From positions 1-64,000 of IMG/VR virus record IMGVR_UViG_3300042691_020932: a stretch of 64,000 bases of DNA, one strand, 5' to 3'. Of the stretch, positions 1-9,721 are shown piece by piece. The notes beneath the pieces are model-generated. The model was given only the letters and a program-made list of their open reading frames with translations. It had not been told where the DNA came from and searched no databases. The position numbers were made by a program, and so were the translations under genes. Source of the DNA: a virus. Each line of letters opens with the position of its first letter. Position 1 is the stretch's first letter.

Positions 1-967
1 CTTTATAACCAGATTGCAACTCCTTTGCTTTAGATTGAGCGTCGTTAATTCTATTTATTCTGAAGACCTCTTCGATAGACTGAGTGCAGGTGGGGCATAC
101 CGTATTTTCAGTAAAAAACTTATGTTCTTTAGTAATGGTAGATACTTTTTGAGAAATCTTACCTTTTAGATTTCCCAACTTACGAAGTTTTTCTGCATAC
201 CCAACCAGTTTATCTTGCTCTCTAATATACTCATAAAGAGGTTCTTCCAGAGAACAATTTTCATTCATATGTTGGTGAATTTCTTTATCTAAATCGGAAA
301 TTTTTCGATTATTAGTATCAATACTTTCTTTTCCGCGATTCTCAAGTTCCTCAATAAACTCTTGCTGCATCTTAACTTTATCAAGGAGAGATTCTTTTTT
401 CAATTCAAGAACTTTAACTTCTTCTTTTGACTGACGAATCTTTTCCTTGATTACCATATTCATTGAAGAAAAAATCTTAATATCAAGAAGATCCTCAATC
501 ACTTCTCTACGATTAGCAGCAGAAAGTTGCATAAAAGGAACAAAGGTACTTGAACCAAGAATTACAATCTGAGTAAAAGATTTATAATTCATCTTAAGAA
601 CGTTTTGCTCCAACCACTTCTGCTGATCTAAAGCAGCCGCAGATTGATCGAGAGCAGTATCATTTCTCCAAATTTCAAAGAGTGCTGGTTTAATTCCTCT
701 TACAACTTTCCACTCAGTATTTCCAATAGAAAACTCAACCTCTACTCTACAGTCTTTTTCATTAACTGAGTTGATAAGTTGTGGTTTATTAATCTTACGG
801 AAAGGTTTACCAAACAAAGAAAAAGTTAGTGCATCAAGAACTGTACTTTTACCGGCTCCATTTGTACCAACAATTAGATTGGTTTTATTTTTGGTGAAAT
901 CAACTTCAGTATACTGATTACCAGTAGAAAGAAAATTCTTCCATTTAATAGTTTTAAATAAAATCAT
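1..967 (-). CDS. gp46: Recombination endonuclease SbcC/Rad50-like subunit (gp46), runs off the left edge
   Basis: Manual translation from ATG at 967: MILFKTIKWKNFLSTGN...GTNGAGKSTVLDALTFSLFGKPFRKINK (Walker A), later the CPTC zinc hook. Lies downstream of gp47. Confidence 0.95.
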   Translation of the reverse strand, partial: MILFKTIKWKNFLSTGNQYTEVDFTKNKTNLIVGTNGAGKSTVLDALTFSLFGKPFRKINKPQLINSVNEKDCRVEVEFSIGNTEWKVVRGIKPALFEIWRNDTALDQSAAALDQQKWLEQNVLKMNYKSFTQIVILGSSTFVPFMQLSAANRREVIEDLLDIKIFSSMNMVIKEKIRQSKEEVKVLELKKESLLDKVKMQQEFIEELENRGKESIDTNNRKISDLDKEIHQHMNENCSLEEPLYEYIREQDKLVGYAEKLRKLGNLKGKISQKVSTITKEHKFFTENTVCPTCTQSIEEVFRINRINDAQSKAKELQSGYK

Positions 968-1232
968 GACTAGAATTACTTGGAGGTATTACAATATCAT
1001 CAGGTGTAATAAGAGTGTATTGATATCCGTGCATTTCGCATGTTTTTATCATCACCTCATCTTCAATTTCAATCACATGCATTTCAGGATATCCATCCTC
1101 TTCTAGCATCATAGCATATCTTACAGCATCATCCTCTTCTTCAAAAAGATACAGAATATGCTCCCCCTCGTCATCCAACACAGAGTAAGCACCTTCAGTT
1201 TCTCTACCATTGATTGTTAGAATAAACATCAA
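954..1232 (-). CDS. Small conserved hypothetical protein between gp47 and gp46
   Basis: 92-aa acidic ORF overlapping both neighbours; FEEEDDA.RYA..LE motif typical of cyanomyoviruses at this locus. Confidence 0.85.
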   Translation of the reverse strand: MMFILTINGRETEGAYSVLDDEGEHILYLFEEEDDAVRYAMMLEEDGYPEMHVIEIEDEVMIKTCEMHGYQYTLITPDDIVIPPSNSSHDFI

Positions 1233-2269
1233 ACCAGTTCACAAGCCTCTTGATAGATTTCTTGCATCATTTTTTGAATGATTGATTTATCAAGATTAAT
1301 TTCTGCCTCCTGAATATATCTATTCAAAATAGATATAGTATCCTCACTTTCAAATGCTTCAAATTCTACTGGATCTTGAATATCGAAGTTTTCAATAATC
1401 TTGAGTTCTGCGATATTAGAGGAATAAAGTTTATCAATGAACTTTTCAAACTTTTTAGTGTCTGATTTCTTACGAACAACGACCTTTACAATTTTATTCT
1501 CATACTCGCGAGTATCAAATGTTTGATGATTGGTATCCTCATAGTAAATGTTATAGAACATTTTATAAGGATTATCAACTGGAGTATGTTCTAATGTTTC
1601 AGTATCGAAGATAGTAAATCCACGAGTGTCATTTACATCAGTCCAGTAAATTTCATATGGATTACCTAAGTAAAAGACTGTTCCGTTAGTCGATCGAGTG
1701 TGATAGTGTCCCGAGAAGACACGTTCGAACTTGTCAAATAACTTGCCTTCCAAACCATGCTCCATGACGATTTGGCGATTAACTCTAAATCCTTGGAGTT
1801 CAAGGTGCCCCATCGCACACGGGCAAGTTGTCTTTTGAATAAGTTTGAGAGTGCTTTCCTCATTTTCTTGATTAATCCAGGGTATAAAAAGTGTTCTGAG
1901 TTTATCCAGCATCACTTCAGTTGGTTCTGAATATACAGTCACATTATCGTATTCGCGCAAAAGTAAATCAACTGCATTTACATTATTAGTGTTCTTATAG
2001 TAAGCAGTGTGATTTCCTACAATTGTGTGAACCTTTACTCCCATTTCTTGGAGGCGATCGTAGTAATTATTTTTAGCCCACGATAGAGCAGAGAAATCAA
2101 TTCCCTTACGACTATCAAAAGTATCTCCCATATCTACAACAGCAGTAATCCCGTACTGTTCCAGCGTCGGGAAAAATACATCATTATAGAACTTTAGAAA
2201 ATAATCATGAAAGAGTTTAGAATTCTTTCGTGCTCCAAAGTGTTGGTCTGTAATAATTGCTACTTTCAT
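1229..2269 (-). CDS. gp47: Recombination endonuclease SbcD/Mre11-like subunit
   Basis: Metallophosphoesterase motifs TDQHFG, GDTFD, GNH, GH, SGHYH. Confidence 0.97.
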   Translation of the reverse strand: MKVAIITDQHFGARKNSKLFHDYFLKFYNDVFFPTLEQYGITAVVDMGDTFDSRKGIDFSALSWAKNNYYDRLQEMGVKVHTIVGNHTAYYKNTNNVNAVDLLLREYDNVTVYSEPTEVMLDKLRTLFIPWINQENEESTLKLIQKTTCPCAMGHLELQGFRVNRQIVMEHGLEGKLFDKFERVFSGHYHTRSTNGTVFYLGNPYEIYWTDVNDTRGFTIFDTETLEHTPVDNPYKMFYNIYYEDTNHQTFDTREYENKIVKVVVRKKSDTKKFEKFIDKLYSSNIAELKIIENFDIQDPVEFEAFESEDTISILNRYIQEAEINLDKSIIQKMMQEIYQEACELV

Positions 2270-2764
2270 TCAATAGCGAAGTTTAGAGTGAACGTTATCC
2301 TTAATACTATTGTAATCGCTATAGTTGCTTCCGTCAAGGCTATTGTCATCAAACACTTCAGAGAATCCAGAACGCTCAAGGATTTTGTTTTTGATTTCTA
2401 ACTGACGCTTCTCTCTTTGGATACGACGAAGGAATGCGTAGTGAATGATTTGAGTAAAGTATGCAAAAGGATTTTGTGACTTCTCAGGATTAAAGTTATG
2501 AATATACTGAACGCAATTCTCGATACCGTCAGAAATCATGTCCTCTTTGAACATGTAGTTGACAAAATTTGGTTTAAATGATAGATGATTGGCAATCTTC
2601 AAGAAGCACTCCCCAATGTAGCGAGGAATGGGAGGCTTTGGTTTTCCTTGAATTAATGCAATCTCTTTATCTTCACGATACTTAATCAGTGCAGCAAGAA
2701 ACTCTTTATTGTTAACATAATGCTCTGACCTCTTTCTTTTGGTCATGACTGCTGTGGTTATCAT
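2270..2764 (-). CDS. gp55: Late-transcription sigma factor
   Basis: HYVNNKEFL, IGECFLKIA, NPFAYFTQI motifs; position next to gp47. Confidence 0.97.
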   Translation of the reverse strand: MITTAVMTKRKRSEHYVNNKEFLAALIKYREDKEIALIQGKPKPPIPRYIGECFLKIANHLSFKPNFVNYMFKEDMISDGIENCVQYIHNFNPEKSQNPFAYFTQIIHYAFLRRIQREKRQLEIKNKILERSGFSEVFDDNSLDGSNYSDYNSIKDNVHSKLRY

Positions 2765-2789
2765 AAGTTTTTATCATTATTATGTAGAG

Positions 2790-2818
2790 ATTATAACACT
2801 TTCGAATATAGTTGACAA
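2790..2818 (-). promoter_or_regulatory. sigma70-type promoter for gp55
   Basis: TTGTCA-17-TATAAT with extended -10 TG. Confidence 0.8.
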
Positions 2819-2840
2819 GGTATCTAAAAGTTGGTACAAT
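2812..2840 (+). promoter_or_regulatory. Antisense sigma70-type promoter sharing its -35 region with the gp55 promoter
   Basis: TTGACA-17-TACAAT with TG; no plus-strand gene downstream. Confidence 0.65.
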
Positions 2841-2869
2841 AACCCTTGTCCGGGTTGATAAGATAAGGC

Positions 2870-3265
2870 TTAGCTATTCTTATAAAGCTTCTCTAGAATC
2901 TCTTTAGCATCATTAACATTTGATATGTAACCCATTCTACGATTAATCTTTGATTGCTTCGAAGATTCTTTATTTGCCTGACGTATATAAGATTGATACA
3001 TCATAATCATTTCAATATCAGAAGATTCGGAAAGAGTAAGCACATCTTCTAGATTGATTATAAACATATCTTCTTTGGTTGTTTTTAACCAGGGTTCTAA
3101 TTTATATCCAACAACATTTGTCCTACTCTTTATTTCACAAATAGTAATTGGATTTGAAATAATTAGAATGGTTCTATCTTCTTCCTCAGAAGCTGCAACC
3201 TTGGCAAATATCTCTTCTCCACTTTTTAATTTTATAGTGGCATAAAAGTCTTCTTCAATTCCCAT
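2870..3265 (-). CDS. Conserved hypothetical protein downstream of uvsW (possible Sm-like fold)
   Basis: 131 aa; IKLKSGEEI and PW motifs; usual cyanophage position. Confidence 0.85.
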   Translation of the reverse strand: MGIEEDFYATIKLKSGEEIFAKVAASEEEDRTILIISNPITICEIKSRTNVVGYKLEPWLKTTKEDMFIINLEDVLTLSESSDIEMIMMYQSYIRQANKESSKQSKINRRMGYISNVNDAKEILEKLYKNS

Positions 3266-4727
3266 TTTTCTTAAGTTGTACGGTGATTATTTCATAGTTA
3301 AAATTTTCTTCATTATAGATTTTAATTCTTTCGATAAGATGATTTAGAGTATAATTTTTTTTAGAATTTGAAGTGCAGTCATCTGCAATATCATAAAGTG
3401 TTGCTTTTACTTTATTTTTTCCTTTTCTAAGAACTCGTCCAATGCTTTGGAGATTTCTGATTCTTGATTTGCTTGGTGAGGCGAAGATAACATTATGGAG
3501 ATTTTTAATATTGATACCTGTAGAAAAAGTTCCATAGGAAGCAACAATAATTGCATTGTTTTCTCTTTCTGTTATTTCCCTAACCAATTCTCTTTCTTCA
3601 GTATCAACTCCACCGTGAATAAAAAATACTTTTCTATCACTTCGCTTATTGCTATTTATCTTCTCATAAAGAATAGCACCATGAGTTTCCACTCTTGAAA
3701 ATAGAACAAGACTATTTCCTTTCATATCCAAAGAAAGATTTGTAATAAACTTATTTCTTTGTTCGTGAGAAATTAGATATTGAATTTCATCCTCATAAGT
3801 TTCGAATTTTTGAGGAGAATGTTTCAATACTATGCACTGAATATCTAATTGAGAAAGATGACCTTGTTTCATCAATTCATCAGTTCTTGTCACCTTATAA
3901 GAAGGGCCAAACAATCCCTCTAGAACCCATTTGTGAGTTTGAGTTCCGTCTAGAGTTCCTGTAAATCCAAATCTATATTTTGCATGATGAAGTTTAGTCA
4001 TAATTTCAATAAGTGACTTACTCTTGAAAAGATGAGCTTCATCTCCTATAATTACTTCATACTCCTCAAAAAATGAACGTTCAAGTTTATAAACTGATTG
4101 CCATGTAGTAATTGTTACTGGATGCTCGTTTGTTTTTTCTCTACCCGAATAGATACGGTGACAATATGAATCAGCATCCCAACCATAGTCTTGGAAATCC
4201 TTGTACATCTGCTCTACAAGGGATGTCGTTGGAACAACTAGAAGAATTTTTTTCCCTTTATCTACATAATACCTTACAAGGGAATAAATCATTAAGGATT
4301 TACCTGAGGCTGTGGGTGATATCAATAATTTTCTATTATGCCTTAGAGCACCGTATACTCCCTCTATTTGATACTCTCTCGGAGAATGAGAACAAATAGA
4401 TTTCATATAATCCTTTACTCCTTCGTATGAAATACCTTCATTGACTTCAAAAGGCATTCCATAGAATTTATTCTCTTTAAACTCATACGTATACTTATGG
4501 AGAGATAGTTTATCAACAATTTTATCCAACAGACCAGTATAGATCTCTCCAGTATGAGTGCTTAACAGACGAATCTTGCCGTCCCAATGTCTGCTTCTGT
4601 ACTGGGACATAAATTTTGCAGATTCAACCTCAAAAGTAAAGTATGGTTGAAGTTCATATAAAATGTGAGGTTCGCAATTTAGTTTGATGCAAACCTCATT
4701 TTTCTTTTCGATAATTACGTCACTCAT
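3255..4727 (-). CDS. uvsW: DNA helicase UvsW
   Basis: SF2 motifs PTASGKS, DEAH, TGT, QSIGRVLR. Confidence 0.97.
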   Translation of the reverse strand: MSDVIIEKKNEVCIKLNCEPHILYELQPYFTFEVESAKFMSQYRSRHWDGKIRLLSTHTGEIYTGLLDKIVDKLSLHKYTYEFKENKFYGMPFEVNEGISYEGVKDYMKSICSHSPREYQIEGVYGALRHNRKLLISPTASGKSLMIYSLVRYYVDKGKKILLVVPTTSLVEQMYKDFQDYGWDADSYCHRIYSGREKTNEHPVTITTWQSVYKLERSFFEEYEVIIGDEAHLFKSKSLIEIMTKLHHAKYRFGFTGTLDGTQTHKWVLEGLFGPSYKVTRTDELMKQGHLSQLDIQCIVLKHSPQKFETYEDEIQYLISHEQRNKFITNLSLDMKGNSLVLFSRVETHGAILYEKINSNKRSDRKVFFIHGGVDTEERELVREITERENNAIIVASYGTFSTGINIKNLHNVIFASPSKSRIRNLQSIGRVLRKGKNKVKATLYDIADDCTSNSKKNYTLNHLIERIKIYNEENFNYEIITVQLKKNGN

Positions 4728-4754
4728 AGCATCATAATTGCTATGAGTATTTAT

Positions 4755-5192
4755 TTACCCTAGTCCAGACTGAAAACGTATAAATTCTATTGCATTTTTA
4801 ATCTGATAAGTTCTATTCTGAATCATTTTCAAAATACTTTCAATGTATGTAAGCATAGTATCGTAGTAGTCTATCTTTAAGCATACGGTAGAAAGACTTT
4901 CATCTGCATCAAGATATTTTTGCATCGTATCTTTATCGCGAATCTTTTTGGGAAAGGGATTTTCTACATATACCTCTGGGTCAGATTTTCCTGAATAATA
5001 CTCATATCTTTCATGACGAATATTTCTTTTTTGTTGCTCTGCTTTTTTTCTTAAAAGAAATATTGTATTATAAAGTTCAAAGTATTTTGCATGAAGACCT
5101 GGGATGTTTGTTGATTCTGTATGAAGATTATCCATATCAATTTTGGAATCTTGCTCCCACATCTTTTGAATCATATCAAGATCAAAACTCAT
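4755..5192 (-). CDS. uvsY: Recombination mediator UvsY
   Basis: LHAKY...YYSGK...YLDAD...QIKNAIEF; next to uvsW. Confidence 0.92.
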   Translation of the reverse strand: MSFDLDMIQKMWEQDSKIDMDNLHTESTNIPGLHAKYFELYNTIFLLRKKAEQQKRNIRHERYEYYSGKSDPEVYVENPFPKKIRDKDTMQKYLDADESLSTVCLKIDYYDTMLTYIESILKMIQNRTYQIKNAIEFIRFQSGLG

Positions 5193-5737
5193 AATAGGTT
5201 TCCTTGCAAATCTCTTATATTGTAGATAGTATACTTGAAACTTACGTCAGCCGTAAAGTACTGAATATCGGTATTTGTTGCATCAAACATTATTGTCGAT
5301 AATGAATATGGAAATAAATCTTGGAAAGTTACTTCAAAATTTGGAATTTGGCTGCTTGTTAGTATTTGTAGAGTTCCATCAGAATAGATATTCTGCCTGT
5401 CCTTCACATAGTTTCCTTGAATCAATCCAGATTCCTGAAGTTCTGCAAACTGTTCTAATCTTTCTGGAAATCCAAGACCACGGATCCAATTTTGTATTTC
5501 CATATAATTTTTGAGGTCTTCATCAACCAAAAACCTTAAACTCAAGTCTCCAAATTCTATAATATCGCCTGGAGTTGGCAGTGCCTTTAAGTACGATGGT
5601 TGATTTACCACACCAAGATTTAATTCTGGTATATTTGCCTGATTGCAGAAAAAAGCAACTTGTGGGGTTCTAGTTAGAGTGAATTTAAATCCAGTAGGAG
5701 ATAAAAAATTCCTATTATCAATCTGAGCTCTAGTCAT
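5189..5737 (-). CDS. gp3: Tail tube terminator / tail completion protein
   Basis: NFLSPTGFKF, FLVDEDLKNY, FPYSLS motifs. Confidence 0.92.
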   Translation of the reverse strand: MTRAQIDNRNFLSPTGFKFTLTRTPQVAFFCNQANIPELNLGVVNQPSYLKALPTPGDIIEFGDLSLRFLVDEDLKNYMEIQNWIRGLGFPERLEQFAELQESGLIQGNYVKDRQNIYSDGTLQILTSSQIPNFEVTFQDLFPYSLSTIMFDATNTDIQYFTADVSFKYTIYNIRDLQGNLL

Positions 5738-5756
5738 CTTTTTTTAAATATTTAGA

Positions 5757-5784
5757 TAAAAAAAGAGGGTCCGAAGACCCTCTT
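5757..5784 (-). terminator. Intrinsic terminator after gp23
   Basis: AAGAGGGTC-TTCG-GACCCTCTT followed by a U-tract; UUCG tetraloop. Confidence 0.9.
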
Positions 5785-5803
5785 GGAATTTATGTGAAAT
5801 GGA

Positions 5804-7231
5804 TCACATAAGGTTCTTAACAGCAACTCTACGATAGTAGCGGTTGGTGTTAACATTGAGTCTACCCTCACCTCTGGTGAGACCCTCAGAGAATGGGTTA
5901 GCAACAAGACCATAACGGGTCTTAAAGCCAATCTTAGGCTGGAAGGTGTCTTCGCCAACGGCACGTACCATCTGGAGAGGTACATAGGGGCAATAGAACA
6001 GACCTGCATCATAAGGTGAAGAACCCTTATAACCAACAACGTAGTACTGGTTACCAGGAGTTGCATTACCTGCAGTCAGGTTAGCCGAATATGGGTCAAT
6101 GTATACGCGGAACTTGCCCATCAGAGTACCAGCAAAGGTGTTGCCAGTATCATCAACGTTCAGGTTAGCGTTCAGTGCAGGGGTGTAGTCGAGAACACCA
6201 GCCATGGTTAGTGCTGAAGCAACGTCAGCAGAACACATGATGATGTTGCCCTTTCCGCGACGAGTTCTTTGTGCGATTGCGTTAGCATCACGCTCGATTT
6301 GGAACAGAAGACCCTTGAACTTCTCAACAGACCAACGACCGTTTGAATCAACGTCGAGGTCGAATACGCCAGCGGTAGCAACGTTTTGTGCTGCACCCTT
6401 TTCAGCGGTCATGTAGATGGTACGAATAACTTCGCGGTTGATTTCAGCAAGAATCTCAGTTGAGAGAATGTTTGCTAATTCCGCTTCAGCATTCAGACCG
6501 TGGATTGCCTTAAGGTCTTGAGCGAGCTCGAGTGAGTACTCAGCCTTTAGAGCGCGTGACTTTGCAGTAACAGTGACTTTCTCAATCGAGAATGCCATCT
6601 GGTTGAACTGGTTGCCTGCAGCATCGCCAAGTGCTTCCGAATCGCCAGTTGGCATACCCTGACCGACGTTATAATCGGTAGCAGCAACTGAAGCAGCGTT
6701 CAGAAGAGCTGGGTTGCTACCAGACTGTGCGGTAGTACCAATACCAGAACCTACTTGCGAATGAGCGCCAGTAAGAGTGGTATCGAAACCTGAGTCTGTA
6801 CCAGAGAAAGCAGTATCTACTTCATTATAGAATGCTTCTGTACCAGTTTGATTGGTGTAACGTGAACGCATTGCGAAGATGAGTCCAGTAGGACCGCTCA
6901 TTGGTTGAACGCCAGCGAGGTCATATGCGACCAGGTTAGGCATTGAACGACGAATGAGTGAAATCAGAACTGGATCAAAACCAGCAACGCTTTGGCTACC
7001 ACCACTACCAAAAGCGCCGCTAGCGCCAGCGGCATTGCCACTGTTGGTTGGTGATTCCATGAGCATACTCATGGAGCCATTGTCGAAAGCAGATTGCTCT
7101 CTAACAAATCTTTCTTGGTTTTCGAGCAGGACAGCGGTTACAGCTCTACGATGAGAATCTTTGATTGGATCAAGACCCTGATAGTCTAAGAGAGGAGCCC
7201 ACTTTTCCTGCAGATGCTCGGAATGGAACAT
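5804..7231 (-). CDS. gp23: Major capsid protein
   Basis: FDPVLISLIRR, GVQPMSGPTGLIFAMR, KSRALKAEYS, GLFYCPYVPL. Confidence 0.99.
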   Translation of the reverse strand: MFHSEHLQEKWAPLLDYQGLDPIKDSHRRAVTAVLLENQERFVREQSAFDNGSMSMLMESPTNSGNAAGASGAFGSGGSQSVAGFDPVLISLIRRSMPNLVAYDLAGVQPMSGPTGLIFAMRSRYTNQTGTEAFYNEVDTAFSGTDSGFDTTLTGAHSQVGSGIGTTAQSGSNPALLNAASVAATDYNVGQGMPTGDSEALGDAAGNQFNQMAFSIEKVTVTAKSRALKAEYSLELAQDLKAIHGLNAEAELANILSTEILAEINREVIRTIYMTAEKGAAQNVATAGVFDLDVDSNGRWSVEKFKGLLFQIERDANAIAQRTRRGKGNIIMCSADVASALTMAGVLDYTPALNANLNVDDTGNTFAGTLMGKFRVYIDPYSANLTAGNATPGNQYYVVGYKGSSPYDAGLFYCPYVPLQMVRAVGEDTFQPKIGFKTRYGLVANPFSEGLTRGEGRLNVNTNRYYRRVAVKNLM

Positions 7232-7288
7232 TTGCTTTTACCTTTTACTAAGTGTTTGTTTTTTGGGTTTGAATTATATTAAATTCAA

Positions 7289-8428
7289 TTATTTGCTGAA
7301 TGCTGAAAGAGTCTTCAGATATGCAGCCATTGGACCCGAAATTGATTCAGGTGCATTGTCTACACCTTCTGACAGAGATTCAGTTCTTGCCTTTGGAGAA
7401 ACTGCTCTTGAGGGAAAATATGATTCTCTCAGAGTCTCCAGTTTTTCACGATATTCTTCTTCACTTTCAAACTCAACACTTTCGGCAAGTGAAGCGAGCT
7501 TGTCTTTCTGAGTGTCTGCAAGACCATCAGCGACCTGTTCAAAGATTCCATCAGCAACCGACTCTGCGAGACGCTTGTTAAGGGAAACATTCTTCTCAAT
7601 TTGCTCGTTGAGTTTTGTCTCCATTTCATCAAGTTTTTCTACCATGCTCTCAAGCACATCATATTTATCTTCAGGGATTGATACATAATGTTCTTCAAAA
7701 AGACCTCTCATTCCTTGGAGGAATGATTCAGTCATTTCGGTCTTAAGACCTTGTTCGATAACGAGTGCATTTTCTTCCATCCACTCGCCAGCAACATACT
7801 CAAGGTATGCATCTACACGCTCAGAAAGTGATTCTTTAATTTCTTCAACTTCCTCTGCAAGTGCAACTGCATACTGCTCTTCAAGTGCTTCTTGAATAGA
7901 AGCAACTTTTGAACGAAGAGCAGCTTCGAAGATGGTGCGTGCTTTCTCTTGGAATTCCTCAGAAAGCTCTTCACCCTCTAGAAGAGCATTGACATCTTCA
8001 TCGATATCAAACTCTTCTTTCATATCTTCTTCGTCATCTTCCTCTTCGTCATCTTCCTCTTCGTCCTCTTCTTCAGCAGCCTCTTCGATTACATCTTCAT
8101 CAGCCTCTTCTTCAATCATATCCTCATCATCAAGTTCTTCTTCCTCTTTATGAAGACCTTTCATGGAATCAGCAGCACCGGCGCCTTTATTTACAACATC
8201 TCTAACTTGCTTGAGTGTTGCACCAGGAGTTTTCAGTTTTGCTGAATCATCCGTTGAACGATAATTTGAAGGATCAGGTCCACCAAGATCTTCCCAACCT
8301 GCAGTTTGACCGTCAGGAATACCTGTAGTTAGTTTTGGCATCGGATCCGCCGCTTTAGCATTTGCATTAACAGCGGTTCTGGATGGTTTAGTGCCTACTT
8401 CCATTTCTTGTAAATCTCCACGAGACAT
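7289..8428 (-). CDS. gp22: Prohead core scaffolding protein
   Basis: Very acidic; FQEKARTIFEAA, VDAYLEYV..EW; upstream of gp23. Confidence 0.95.
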   Translation of the reverse strand: MSRGDLQEMEVGTKPSRTAVNANAKAADPMPKLTTGIPDGQTAGWEDLGGPDPSNYRSTDDSAKLKTPGATLKQVRDVVNKGAGAADSMKGLHKEEEELDDEDMIEEEADEDVIEEAAEEEDEEEDDEEEDDEEDMKEEFDIDEDVNALLEGEELSEEFQEKARTIFEAALRSKVASIQEALEEQYAVALAEEVEEIKESLSERVDAYLEYVAGEWMEENALVIEQGLKTEMTESFLQGMRGLFEEHYVSIPEDKYDVLESMVEKLDEMETKLNEQIEKNVSLNKRLAESVADGIFEQVADGLADTQKDKLASLAESVEFESEEEYREKLETLRESYFPSRAVSPKARTESLSEGVDNAPESISGPMAAYLKTLSAFSK

Positions 8429-8466
8429 TTGAACTCTCCGTTTAACCTTTAGTTATAAACTATATT

Positions 8467-8474
8467 TATTTATA
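8467..8474 (-). promoter_or_regulatory. T4-type late promoter (TATAAATA) upstream of gp22
   Basis: Exact consensus. Intergenic variants (NNTAAATA) also precede uvsW (4748), gp3 (5749), 9711, gp20 (13247), gp18 (16088), 19769, gp13 (23556), 28516, gp8 (34709), 36676 and gp25 (51107). Confidence 0.85.
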
Positions 8475-8484
8475 ATTTAATAAA

Positions 8485-9135
8485 TTACAATGAGTTTAAG
8501 AACTCATTGAATAATGATAACTTATAGTCTTCAAGAATACCTTGATCTACAAGGGTATTAATTTTATTCTTAGTATTTTCAGCCATTTTTTCTCTAAGGA
8601 TGCCACCATCCCAAATCCACTCCTTTCCTTCCATAATTCCTTGAACGAATGCGTCTGGAGCTGAGGGATCGGCAACAATATCAGCAGCAGTTGCGAGCAT
8701 GAAGTCTTCACCGACTTCTTTATAACCTTTATTGTTCTCTCTTAAAGAACCAATACCGCGAGAAGAAACGCCAAGACAAACTCCATCCTTTAAGAGAGAC
8801 TCTGCAATCTTTCCCATTGGTGTGGATAGAATTTGCGCTTTCCCAATAAAATTATTTCCACTACGATAGAGTTCTGTGATTTTATGAGAAACTCTATCTA
8901 AGTTAACTGTAGGTCCATCTGGATGGCCTAGTTCTCCAAGAGCACGTCCTTTTTGAACGTATTGTTCGTTATAACGATTTACTTCACGCTCCATAATCTG
9001 CATTGGATACATTCTTCCATTGCGATTAACGCACTCTGCTTGTAAGAATGGTCCTTTAATATAAAGTTTTTGTTGCTTACCGGTTCCTTCTGTAATAACT
9101 TCAACTTTTTCGATTTCTTCTCTAATTAGTTTCAT
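8485..9135 (-). CDS. gp21: Prohead protease
   Basis: NRNGRMYP, ALGELGHP, GVSSRGIGSL, DIVADPSAPDAF. Confidence 0.98.
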   Translation of the reverse strand: MKLIREEIEKVEVITEGTGKQQKLYIKGPFLQAECVNRNGRMYPMQIMEREVNRYNEQYVQKGRALGELGHPDGPTVNLDRVSHKITELYRSGNNFIGKAQILSTPMGKIAESLLKDGVCLGVSSRGIGSLRENNKGYKEVGEDFMLATAADIVADPSAPDAFVQGIMEGKEWIWDGGILREKMAENTKNKINTLVDQGILEDYKLSLFNEFLNSL

Positions 9136-9686
9136 TAGGCATCTCCTGAAATTTGTACTTGTTGGTAATACAGAGTTCCTGCACCTACACCATATGCAGA
9201 AACTTTATTTGAATTAATTACAGTAGCATCTGTTGAAGAGAATGCTGTGACAATTCCACTTGAATTATAATTAACAGTCATTCGTGTCTGATAGTAACCA
9301 CCTACCCCAGAAGAAATATCTACAGATAAAACTTGCTGGTGTGTGAAGTTGTAATATGATTGTCCTGTTGCAGTTAGTGTAACATAATCACCGACTCCAA
9401 ATGGTACTTGTGTTCCTTCTGGAACTGTAACAATTGTTGTTGTGCCGGTAGTTACGCCTACAACTTTATTTGAAGCTTTTGTTAAACCCAGAGTGGCAGA
9501 TTCTCCAGATGAAACATAGTAATCTGCAGAAGTTGCCGATGGATTTCCGCCTACAGAAATATGCGCTGCACCACCAACTGCAACCACTCTCAAAACACTA
9601 GATTGTACTGAAAAAGCAGATGAAGTTGATGCAGCACCTGCAGTAAATGTAAATGAGGAACCCGCCCCAACTGGTCTATGAGCCAT
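9135..9686 (-). CDS. Hypothetical, probable virion protein
   Basis: 183 aa, rich in S/T/G/V; inside the head module with a late promoter upstream. Confidence 0.75.
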   Translation of the reverse strand: MAHRPVGAGSSFTFTAGAASTSSAFSVQSSVLRVVAVGGAAHISVGGNPSATSADYYVSSGESATLGLTKASNKVVGVTTGTTTIVTVPEGTQVPFGVGDYVTLTATGQSYYNFTHQQVLSVDISSGVGGYYQTRMTVNYNSSGIVTAFSSTDATVINSNKVSAYGVGAGTLYYQQVQISGDA

Positions 9687-9721
9687 TATTTTTAATAATA
9701 CACTTTTAGTTATTTATTAAT

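Noticed and set aside
7990-8150. Low-complexity tcttc repeat and poly-Ser plus-strand ORF
   Set aside because: It encodes the ordinary Asp/Glu-rich tract of scaffold protein gp22.
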